Both the position numbers and the translations under genes were made by a program. A stretch of DNA of 64,000 nt from Ignavibacteria bacterium. Lineage in GTDB: Bacteria; Bacteroidota; Ignavibacteria; Ignavibacteriales; SURF-24. Every line of letters starts with the position of its first letter. Position 1 is the first letter of the stretch. Location of the stretch: positions 69,362 through 133,361 of the forward strand of contig JAAXKQ010000015.1 in the NCBI GenBank assembly GCA_025612245.1, in the 5' to 3' direction. A model generated the notes under the pieces. The model did no database searches, had not been told where the DNA came from, and worked only from the letters and a program-made list of their open reading frames with translations. Positions 52,073 through 61,072 of this stretch are shown here, one piece after another.

Positions 52073-52467
52073 AGAAACTAGATAATTCCCCGTTAATTAG
52101 CAAAGGACTAAAACTTTTCCAATTCCTTCTCTCTGGCTCTTGGTTCTGTGAAAGCTTCACATGAAGGAATTCTAATAGCCTGATATTCGTCTCCGGCATA
52201 TTTTGAGTCGAAAAGCCAGGGGAGCATTCCCGCCGGGTCGTTCAATAAGTAAGGCAATAATGCCCCCAGACTTTTCAATTGCATCAATTGCTTAATATGG
52301 GTATTTATACCCTTTCAGGTATAGTTTAGGTTAATTATCTTGTTTTATACCTTATTGGGTATAATTTTTGCAAAAACACTTGATATTATACCCGAGGTGT
52401 TCAGCCGAAACTTTCTCTTGAAATTGAAAGAGCAGGAAAGGATAGACATAATAAAAGGTTTACAATA

Positions 52468-53172
52468 GTGGGCCTTTGGGGCAATTTCATTTTAAAGCCT
52501 CCAATGGAGGAATATTTTCAGATGCCGGAAATTGAAGATCTGACAATGCATCTGTCTGAGATGTTAAAAATCAGAACAGCTGAGCATACGTTAATACGCC
52601 TTAATTCCGGTGAGCTTGCTTATTTATCAAAACGCTTCGACCGAACCGCAAAAAATAAACTTCAGCTTAAGGATATGGCACAGCTTACCGGTACTCTTAC
52701 AGAACGTAAATACAAAAGTTCCATGGGAAAAATCGGCAAAACAATACTTAAATATTCAAGCTATCCGAAATTTGACCTCCTGACATTTTTCGAACTCACG
52801 GTGTTTTCTTTTCTGACGGGAAACGCAGATATGCACCTGAAGAACTTTTCTCTTCTTACAAACAACGAAGACGAGGTAATGCTTTCTCCAGCTTATGACC
52901 TGCTTTCAACAAAGCTCCTTATTCCGGAAGATACAGAAGAAATGGCTCTTACGTTAAACGAAAAGAAAAGCAATCTTAAGAGAAGGGATTTTGACACGTT
53001 TGCTGAATCACTTCAGATAAACAGCACGTCTGTAAACAACTCATACCGGAAGTTTTTTAGCAGTGAACCTATGATACTTGAGTTTATCGATAAAAGTTTT
53101 TTACAGCCAGAACTCAAAGAGGCTTATAAAAAGCTCTATTCAGAAAAGATTGAAAAACTTAAAAATCAGTGA
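52468..53172 (+). pseudogene. 5'-truncated HipA-like Ser/Thr kinase toxin gene (C-terminal catalytic half only)
   Basis: AYLSKRFDR, DMHLKNFSLL and SPAYDLLS are collinear with E. coli HipA RFDRR / DGHAKNFS / PFYDIIS. The upstream GAQEK P-loop region is absent. Operator-like palindromes sit upstream. Confidence 0.55.
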
Positions 53173-53610
53173 TAAATTGGTAGTATCTAGAATTTAGTGT
53201 AAATGATTTATAATTCAATCCCGGAACGTAGCCCCGAGGGGCGGACAGCGGAGGGATTAAATTTACAGCGACTCTGGAAGTTAACCAGAGGAATTAATAA
53301 ATTAAATCATCTACAAGGAAGAGAGATTATCTCTCTTCTCTATACAGCTTCCCATGCAAGATTATTGAGCAGGTGGTTCATTTTGACTAGGCCCTCAAGT
53401 TCAAGGTCCTTACTCATTATAAGATTATGCATCTGGGCTATAGCATTGGAATTTGACAGCTCGTATTCAAGATTAGATTCTGAGTCATCAACTACTTTAC
53501 AGGCTTTTCTAATGTACTTCTATGCTTTTCAAAGAAAGCTTTAGCTGAAATTACTTCCTTCTTGTCATTCGGCAGTCAAACACCTCCTTAAGACCAGCAA
53601 GATAATATCC

Positions 53611-53997
53611 TCAGTAATAAATAAGATCCTCGTCTTTTTCATCGAACTTCAGGATATTGCTGAAATAGCTTGAGATGCTATTCTTCATAATAACAGGGTC
53701 CTTGGGCTTTACTAATATAAAGTAGTAGCCCGTTTTTTCTTCTTCATATTCTGACCATTTGCTTATTTCTCTAAAACCACTACAATCAATCAATTGTTAG
53801 TCACTGTTACCTATCCAATAATACCCATGACTGTCTTTTGATGCAATAACCATCCAATGTTCTTCATTCTCAACCCTTGCGATGATAGGATAGCCTGTTT
53901 CCAAAGTTTTGCCTATTGCCATCTTGACTTTGGCTTCCTCTTTAATATCACATACCACCGATTCAAGGTCGAACTTGTTTAAGACACGACGAATCAC
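53611..53997 (-). pseudogene. disrupted ORF remnant (two adjacent same-strand fragments separated by a stop)
   Basis: Track ORFs 53797-53997 and 53611-53793 share a strand and are adjacent. Motifs GYPIIARV...HWMVIASKD...NSD are faintly papain/C39_2-like. Confidence 0.25.
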
Positions 53998-54334
53998 ACC
54001 CGCAGATGTACCATATTTTTTGTGACACTTGCGGCCCTATGGCCCATTTCGGAACTTATCGGAAAGCCTAATACAAGTGCTAAGTGTAAAATGGCGTACT
54101 CCCAGCAATCGCCATAGACTTCCTGGTACTTAAACCATACTAGTTCCCTTCGCTTTTAAGTAAGCGGATTAGTTTTTTAATCATTTCATTTACTCCGATT
54201 AGTGATTATAAGGATTTGCCGGGCTTTCCTTTTACTGACATTCTACTTATCCCACTTTTATCCACAGAGAAAATGAAGTAATATACCAGTACTTTTATAA
54301 AATTTTATGGAGTGGACTTCATAATGATGTTAAT

Positions 54335-54367
54335 CTAAAAATAAAAGGGAGATATACTCCCTTTTAT
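54335..54367. terminator. hairpin terminator at the 3' end of the OLD gene
   Basis: aaaagggagatatactcccttttattta. Confidence 0.5.
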
Positions 54368-56263
54368 TTAGCTCTCAATCTCTGCCTTGACAGTATTAAT
54401 AACCATCGGACGCTGCACAAATTCATTAACTCTTCTTAATATATTACGAAGTTCATCCTGAGGATCCCTAATACTGAGAAGTTCTGGAGTCATGTGCTTA
54501 ACTGCCAAAGCATTAAGCCACTTCTTGCATGCAGATTCTTTTTTCTTTTTATTCTCATCATCTAAGCTATCCCATGAATTTGGTGAATCGCTATTTTCCA
54601 ATAGCTTTTGTGCAGCCATTATTGGAACATCATCAAAATCTCCAAACGCAATAACAACTTCTGGCCGAACCCTTTGAACGGCTGTAGGATGAAGGTAGTT
54701 TTCAATCTCTAACTTGGATAAAATATATGCTTCACAGTTGTCTCTGAGATTAGTTTCATCGGCATTTTTTTTGTATTTGGGTTCTTTAGGAGGTATAGTA
54801 TCCCTGTCATAAATATGAATTTCGGGACGATTAAAGCCTTTCAGCCTACTGGTCCAAAGAGCCAGATTAGATCCCCCAAATGGAATGAATATTACAGAAC
54901 CAGCATTTTCCAGATCTTCAAGGTTAGGTATGTCTGGTTCTGTTTGCGCAAGTACCTTAGATATCTCCTTAAAAAAGTTTATATCATTTGGCCCTTCAAC
55001 GCATAAAAACAACTTAACATCATGATCAGCTAATATCCCAAGATCTTTAATTATTCTTTTAATTGTTTCATCATCATCTTTGTGCAGTATTCGCTTCTTA
55101 TCTGCTGTTTTTTCAATATATCTTATGGAGGAAGATGGTATTAAGCGGGCTAATGTAGGCGTGTGTGTAGATATTATCACCTGGCAGTTAGAATTATGGA
55201 CCAATTCAAACAAAGATTCAAGCAACATAACTTGGTTTGTCGGATGCTGAGAGGTTTCTGGTTCTTCAATCGCATATATAATACCTGGCGAATTCCGCTC
55301 GATAGCCTGTTGTTCTGCCTTAGCCCTAAAAAAGTTAATTAAAATTAATCTTCTGACACCACTACCTCGCTTGTTGACAGGGACCTGTGTTTCATCAGTC
55401 AAACTTACCTTAAATATCTTGTCCCATGCAGAATCCAATACTTTCGGGTTTAACTCACTTGCCAGATCTGGATCCATTTCCTTTAATTTGTCAACCGTTG
55501 CCTTACTTACCTTTTCAACTTTCTCCTTAACATTTTGTATAATTTTATCAAGATCGTGCCTTTGGCTTTCCAAAGCTTCTTTGATTGCGACCTTCATAGG
55601 GTCCTGCGCTTCATTGTCCTGGTCTGTGCTTTCTCTATCAGATTTAAACAATGCAAATAAGGGCATTTCTGATTTAATTTTATCCCACATTCTTTTCTGA
55701 TCTTCATCTTTATCTTTTAATTGTATTCGTTGTTCGGCCAATTCAAGATCTGGAAATGAACTCCATATTTTTTGTCTTATCTCGGCCTTAATTGTTTCCT
55801 TAACATCATCAAGACTTACCCCAATATCCTTTGCCCTTTTTCTTAGCTGTGTAATTGTTAGTTGATATAAATCATTGGCATTATCGATGCTAGGATGCAG
55901 AGAATTGAGATAGACTTCCTTTGGCTTTGGTTTTCCACCAGTATATACTTTCACAACTACTAAATTCCCATTTGAATTTAGTAAATACTCATCCTTAAGA
56001 TCTACTACATTTGTTGCATCAATTATTAATGTTTGCGGCACTTCAGTAAATTCACAAGTGATAGTTATATCATCAGAGGCGGAACCAACGCTGATATCGC
56101 CTTGATCCAAAGAGGTATCATTAAAGAATACATTCATTGCATCTAAAATGGCCGACTTACCCGAATCATTCTTAGCAATTAAAGTCGTAAAGTCGTCAAA
56201 CTCAATTTTGAATTTTTCTTTGTAGCATCTGAAGTTTTCAATGGTTAAGGAAACCAGTTTCAT
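54368..56263 (-). CDS. OLD-family ATP-dependent endonuclease (ABC-type ATPase + C-terminal Toprim), standalone class-1-like
   Basis: N-terminal IENFRCY...KNDSGKS Walker A of AAA_15/21 OLD ATPases. IEEPETSQHP signature-like motif. C-terminal Toprim with CVEGPND and YDRD. Confidence 0.8.
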   Translation of the reverse strand: MKLVSLTIENFRCYKEKFKIEFDDFTTLIAKNDSGKSAILDAMNVFFNDTSLDQGDISVGSASDDITITCEFTEVPQTLIIDATNVVDLKDEYLLNSNGNLVVVKVYTGGKPKPKEVYLNSLHPSIDNANDLYQLTITQLRKRAKDIGVSLDDVKETIKAEIRQKIWSSFPDLELAEQRIQLKDKDEDQKRMWDKIKSEMPLFALFKSDRESTDQDNEAQDPMKVAIKEALESQRHDLDKIIQNVKEKVEKVSKATVDKLKEMDPDLASELNPKVLDSAWDKIFKVSLTDETQVPVNKRGSGVRRLILINFFRAKAEQQAIERNSPGIIYAIEEPETSQHPTNQVMLLESLFELVHNSNCQVIISTHTPTLARLIPSSSIRYIEKTADKKRILHKDDDETIKRIIKDLGILADHDVKLFLCVEGPNDINFFKEISKVLAQTEPDIPNLEDLENAGSVIFIPFGGSNLALWTSRLKGFNRPEIHIYDRDTIPPKEPKYKKNADETNLRDNCEAYILSKLEIENYLHPTAVQRVRPEVVIAFGDFDDVPIMAAQKLLENSDSPNSWDSLDDENKKKKESACKKWLNALAVKHMTPELLSIRDPQDELRNILRRVNEFVQRPMVINTVKAEIES

Positions 56264-56464
56264 ATTGACTCCCAGAATAGTATGACAAATGAGTTAATAG
56301 TGAACTATATTCGTGTTCGTTTTTAAGCCATTGTTTTAGAGAATGAATGGAATCACTAAGGAATCAGAATATATAGTAGGAAAAGACAGGCCTTGTTCAT
56401 GGTGTCAGAGTATTTTTTAGATCGGCAGTTAAATTAATATTTATTTTAATGTTAAACAAATTAA

Positions 56465-56492
56465 TCGCCGGTTCGAATCCGGCAGGGTGCAC
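56465..56492 (+). repeat. attR-like direct repeat: copy of the 3' 28 nt of tRNA-Lys
   Basis: Identical to 49985-50012 and followed by a related terminator hairpin. Confidence 0.8.
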
Positions 56493-56874
56493 CAGAAAGC
56501 TTCCGTTCCGCAAGAATTTCGAAGCTTTTTATTTTTATCCTGCGCCGTAGAATTAGATAAGCCCCTTACAACTGCCATGAAATGGCCTTTTATGGAAAAA
56601 CCAATGATGATTAACCTGGGGGCATTTTAATCCTTTCTGATACCCTTTATTGCCATGCTTTTTAAATGCCTCGTGCAATGTGGCGTTGAATCGCCCCAAT
56701 TTTTATGATTATACTTTCCTTATCTTACCTTTTGGCATTTAATTATTATTATCTAAATTTGGGAACAAAAATTCTCCATATGCGTTTTTGTTTCCTTAAA
56801 GATAAGTGACAGATCAGAACCTATTAAACTCTTGGCAACACATATAAAACGCGGCTATATAATTGAGGTTAATA

Positions 56875-57720
56875 ATGATTGTAGGTAAAACAATTCAGAT
56901 ATTTCTTCCTGACGCTAACCCCAGAAGCGTTAAAATTGCAGAAATAACCAGCCGGACCGTTCAGGCGATACTAATCCCAAGAACAAAACTGGATTATATT
57001 TTTGCAAGGGAAGAATTGAATAATGTTGGGGTGTATCTCCTCATTGGAAACCCCGATGAAGACGTAAAACCTTTATTATATATTGGCGAGGCAGAAGATT
57101 GCAAAATCCGGCTTAAACAGCATAATGCTTCAAAAGACTTTTGGAATTACGCAATTGCAATAATCTCCAAAACTCACTACTTCACAAAAACCCACATTAA
57201 ATTTCTTGAATCATTCATGTATCAGGAAGCTAAAAGAATTAACAGATATAAACTGGAAAACAGCACTAATCCCACAATGCCTTATGTATCGGAATCCATG
57301 ACGGCAGATTTAATGGATAACTTTGATACGATAAAAATTCTGGTTTCAACGCTTGGGTTTCCGGTATTTGATGAAATAAAAACAGAACAGAAAGCCGATT
57401 TACTTTACTGTAAAGGCAAAGACGCACATGCAACCGGCCAGCTGACCGATGAAGGCTTCTTGGTATTTTCCGGGTCAAAATGCAACCTGAAGGAAGCAAA
57501 TACCCTTCCCCCATGGGCCACAAAAATGCGCAGGAGACTGATTGAAGAAAAAATATTGCAAGTAAAAGATACCGTGATCGAATTTGCTTCGGACCATCTG
57601 TTTGATTCCCCAAGCGCCGCGGCCACCGCCGTTTTAGCGAGAAATGCAAATGGATGGATAGAATGGAGATATAAGAACAGAAAAACTCTGGATGAAGTAA
57701 AAAGGCAGATTAAAGTATAA
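56875..57720 (+). CDS. GIY-YIG nuclease domain protein with C-terminal DUF4357-like domain
   Basis: GVYLLIGN...LLYIGEAEDCKIRLKQH...N matches GIY-(10)-YIG...R...H..N spacing. C-terminal NGWIEWRY motif. AT-rich like the adjacent island. Confidence 0.65.
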   Translation: MIVGKTIQIFLPDANPRSVKIAEITSRTVQAILIPRTKLDYIFAREELNNVGVYLLIGNPDEDVKPLLYIGEAEDCKIRLKQHNASKDFWNYAIAIISKTHYFTKTHIKFLESFMYQEAKRINRYKLENSTNPTMPYVSESMTADLMDNFDTIKILVSTLGFPVFDEIKTEQKADLLYCKGKDAHATGQLTDEGFLVFSGSKCNLKEANTLPPWATKMRRRLIEEKILQVKDTVIEFASDHLFDSPSAAATAVLARNANGWIEWRYKNRKTLDEVKRQIKV

Positions 57721-57949
57721 AAGGGGACTCGTTTACCCTCCTTGCCCCCTGCTTCTTTATTACAGTAATTTTTAGCCTAAACACGGTAATATTTGCCTTC
57801 AAACGGTAATCCTAACTGCCGTTCCTTACCCCATATTCATTCCGTGCCATGCATAATTTTCAGCAAAAACTTTTTTATGCCTCATCGGGTATAATAACGG
57901 TTCTGCCGCTTCTCCTTGCCTCCAACCGGAGCCCTCCTGCCCCCTTCCT

Positions 57950-60325
57950 CTATTTGCACCGTATTACCATAATCGTTACGTCATCTTCCAACTGCGCTTC
58001 CCCTGCCCAGGAACGACTCTTACTGCATATGTATTCTATTATCTCCCCTGCCGGCTTCTCAGCCGATTCCCTGAAGGCTTCTGCCGCCCTCTCCATCCCA
58101 AATGTCTCCTTGCTTTCATTGAACATCTCAATTAAACCGTCACTCATAACCAGTATCACGTCACCATGGCATAATTCAGCCGTAAGTTTTTTGTACGGAA
58201 AATCATTGAACGCCCCGAGAGGCATCCCCTTTACCAGTAACTCCTCAACCTCGCCCGTTTGCTTCCTGTAAATCTGCATCGGCGGCATCCCGGCCGATAC
58301 ATACTCAATTTTATTTCCATCTATCCTTAATAACGACATGCACATCGTCAGCATGTACAGGTTCATCTGCTTTATTGACCGGTTGAATGAATTCATTATC
58401 TCAATCAGGCTTTCCTTATGAGCCAGAGTGTTGAATAACCCCTTTGCCAGAATTACCATGTTCCCTGCTTTCAGGCCGTGCCCCGTTGCATCCCCGATAA
58501 CCGCCGTAAGACGCCTGTTTTCTCCCGCGTGAAAATCGTAATAATCGCCTCCTACTTCTGTTGCCGTCTTCATGTAACAGGCAATCTCCAGGTTCTCTGC
58601 CTGAGGCACATCCCGCGGTAGCAGCGATAACTGCAGTTCCCGCGCCGCATCTAGCTCTTTTGTCTTTCGCTGGCTCTCTGCTTCAATCAGCCTCCTCTCA
58701 ATCTCAAGCGACGCGGCAACCCTCTCCTGCTCAATTGCTTTTTCCGATAAATCCTTCACTTTCTCAAGCTGCCACTCCAGGTCTTTATTGATCGTTGCAA
58801 AATTATATGACAGGTACAGCGACATCGCTATTACAAAACCTATCATTCCGTAAACATATACCTGCTGAAGCCCGAAGACGTCCATTATCGAAAAGTCCAC
58901 CAATAGCTGCAGTATAATGGAAACGCTCATTACCAAAAAGCCGGGTATAATTATCCAGGTACCTCTGTGGCATATCTTGTCCTTCCTGAACCCCGCATAA
59001 AACCCTTCAATGAGCGTAAAGGAAAACTGAAAATAAATAAAGTACGATGTTACACTCGGGGAAATGTCCAAAAATCCCGACACGGAAACCGCAATGTATA
59101 GCGCCAGGTACAGGACCCACCTTTTGGGAAGTCTCTCGTAGTTGAAGGAATATAGCGTAAGTACTGCAAAAAAGATGGCCGTGGAGGCCGATAATACGTT
59201 CAGCCGCTGAAGAAATACCATCATTGCGGCGTCTTCAATCATGAAGCGCTCATAGTTGAAATACGTCAACCCCGCAAAGCCTAAAAGGCATATTGCATAG
59301 TAAAGGTTCTGCTTCTGCCTCCTGAAAAAGAAAAAAAGAGATAGATGCAGAAAGGATAATATTAACGGTATAAGAGTAAATACCATCTGGTGAATTGTAT
59401 ATGGCCGCAGCGCTTCAGTTGAATTGAATGCTGAGTTAAGGTCAATGAGCAGAATTGAAAACCCGGCATCAAACCCCTGATTCCTCTGCGTGGCTGCTTC
59501 ATAGTTTGCATACCTGACCGCAATTACCTGCTCTTCTTTGGGATCGAATGTAAATTCCATCCAGTTGTTTTTGGGAGCGGGTGAGTACCCGGAGTCCTTT
59601 GGCGCAACTTTCCCGAATTTTTTAAGCAGCCGCCCGTTGTAATAAACTTCCGACGCCCCAAACTGCGTCAGCTTAAACCCTACGGCCTTATTCCACAGCG
59701 CCTTGTCCACGTGCAGGCGTGCCCTGAACCATCCGGTATTCTTCCAGTTCAGATCATAGTAATTCTCGCTTACAAAGTTGGAGGAGGCGGTTTTCCAAAG
59801 ACTGTCATTCAGGTCCGCCCGGGCCCACTCGGCGTTATCTCCCTCGTGGTACTTCCAGTTATTTACAAACCTTATCCCGCTCTGGGCCCCGTATATGTAC
59901 TCCGGCGTTACATTTCTTGCACCTACGTATTTTCCCCAGTTACTTATCTTTATTATAACCGTGGTATCTTTCCTAACCTTCAGCCTGGCGTTATCCAGTA
60001 TCCAGCCGTCGGCGTTGAGCGCTTCCGAGTTCCAGCTTCCAAGCGTAAGCTTAAACTCCAGGCTCTCGCCTTCTTTGAACTGAAGAGTTTTTGTCCATAC
60101 CGAATCCGACTGCCTCTCAAGCCTTACGGCAGCGGGGTTCCATTTCCCAAGCCCGGTGCTGCTGCCCGTAAGAAAGACGTCATCCGAACGCAACGCTTTT
60201 TGGGAAATTACCTTAAAGCTTACCAGCTTCTTTTGTCCGGAAGGTACACTGCATCCGGCGCTGAACAGACAGACACAAAATAAAGCTGTAAGGCAAAACT
60301 TAAATTTCCTGCGGAATACAAACAT
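57950..60325 (-). CDS. 7TMR-DISM sensor with N-terminal CBM20-like module and C-terminal PP2C/SpoIIE-type serine phosphatase
   Basis: Signal peptide, starch-binding-like beta-sandwich, 7TMR-DISMED2-like extracellular domain, 7 TM helices, coiled coil. PP2C motifs GDYYDF, DATGHG and MSDGL. Confidence 0.75.
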   Translation of the reverse strand: MFVFRRKFKFCLTALFCVCLFSAGCSVPSGQKKLVSFKVISQKALRSDDVFLTGSSTGLGKWNPAAVRLERQSDSVWTKTLQFKEGESLEFKLTLGSWNSEALNADGWILDNARLKVRKDTTVIIKISNWGKYVGARNVTPEYIYGAQSGIRFVNNWKYHEGDNAEWARADLNDSLWKTASSNFVSENYYDLNWKNTGWFRARLHVDKALWNKAVGFKLTQFGASEVYYNGRLLKKFGKVAPKDSGYSPAPKNNWMEFTFDPKEEQVIAVRYANYEAATQRNQGFDAGFSILLIDLNSAFNSTEALRPYTIHQMVFTLIPLILSFLHLSLFFFFRRQKQNLYYAICLLGFAGLTYFNYERFMIEDAAMMVFLQRLNVLSASTAIFFAVLTLYSFNYERLPKRWVLYLALYIAVSVSGFLDISPSVTSYFIYFQFSFTLIEGFYAGFRKDKICHRGTWIIIPGFLVMSVSIILQLLVDFSIMDVFGLQQVYVYGMIGFVIAMSLYLSYNFATINKDLEWQLEKVKDLSEKAIEQERVAASLEIERRLIEAESQRKTKELDAARELQLSLLPRDVPQAENLEIACYMKTATEVGGDYYDFHAGENRRLTAVIGDATGHGLKAGNMVILAKGLFNTLAHKESLIEIMNSFNRSIKQMNLYMLTMCMSLLRIDGNKIEYVSAGMPPMQIYRKQTGEVEELLVKGMPLGAFNDFPYKKLTAELCHGDVILVMSDGLIEMFNESKETFGMERAAEAFRESAEKPAGEIIEYICSKSRSWAGEAQLEDDVTIMVIRCK

Positions 60326-60570
60326 AGACTTTGTCCTTTACATTTGTCCCGTAAATTCTTTTAAGCGCAATTATACCTATGCCTAAAATAGTCAATTTCC
60401 GCGTGAAACAGAAAAACACTTAGTAATGCCTGGACATAAAGAAATTCCAGGTTTATTTATTTACTGCTTTTATTTCTCCTGTTTTCATGCCATATTGAAA
60501 AAAGCTGAAACTTTTGAATGCAGAAGATGTTTAACACAAAACAGGTATTTTTCTGAAAGGAACTGGTTTA

Positions 60571-60921
60571 ATGCTCAGGAAGAACGAAAAGAATAAAAAG
60601 ATATTTGCCTCAATATTTCTGTTGAGCTACATGTCTTTTATTTTATTGAGCATCACTCACTTCCATTCCTCCGGGCTCAATAACCCATATAAAGCAATTC
60701 AATTTACCGGCGCGTCATCATCTAAAACTGTAATTGATTCTGAGAATGACTGCCCCGTGTGCCACCTGTTCGCAAGCGTAAATTTCAGCCCCGCACAGAC
60801 CTTCGTTGTGCATGGGCTCAAGGCCGAAAGCAAAATTAGCCTCGCCGATGAAACCGGCCTTCAAACCGTATTTGGTAATTCACAATGCCTCCGGGCTCCC
60901 CCGTCTTTAATTTCTCTTTAA
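60571..60921 (+). CDS. small membrane protein with a single CxxCH motif (hypothetical)
   Basis: N-terminal TM, then CPVCH. Located upstream of the TonB-dependent receptor. Confidence 0.3.
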   Translation: MLRKNEKNKKIFASIFLLSYMSFILLSITHFHSSGLNNPYKAIQFTGASSSKTVIDSENDCPVCHLFASVNFSPAQTFVVHGLKAESKISLADETGLQTVFGNSQCLRAPPSLISL

Positions 60922-61072
60922 CATTACTCTCAATCAGATCCCAAAGGATTGTTTTACCAGCCTGCCTTTGGCGCAATGCTAAATTGTGCCTTAAAAGTAC
61001 GGGTAGTGTAGGGTACATCATATCCTTTGCGCGGATCTGCTTTTTACCAATTATAAATAAAAGGAAATTAAG

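Larger units (their letters stand above)
50013..56492. mobile_element. putative decayed integrative element / genomic island inserted at the 3' end of tRNA-Lys
   Basis: Bounded by the tRNA-Lys 3' end and a 28-nt perfect direct repeat (tcgccggttcgaatccggcagggtgcac at 49985-50012 and 56465-56492). Each is followed by a similar but diverged terminator hairpin. No integrase ORF detected. Confidence 0.5.

Noticed and set aside
52108-52284. 58-codon minus-strand ORF as the HipB antitoxin
   Set aside because: No helix-turn-helix pattern is apparent and it is divergently oriented rather than upstream and co-directional with hipA. It is kept only as part of the TA-locus finding.
53203-53544. 113-aa ORF in the island interior
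   Set aside because: No recognisable domain, unusual composition, and a location in a region of decayed fragments. Treated as intergenic or pseudogenic debris.
56465-56492. Possible second tRNA gene
   Set aside because: Only the 3' 28 nt (T-arm plus acceptor 3' strand) are present. There is no D-arm, anticodon arm or 5' acceptor strand upstream. It was interpreted as an att-site repeat rather than a tRNA.
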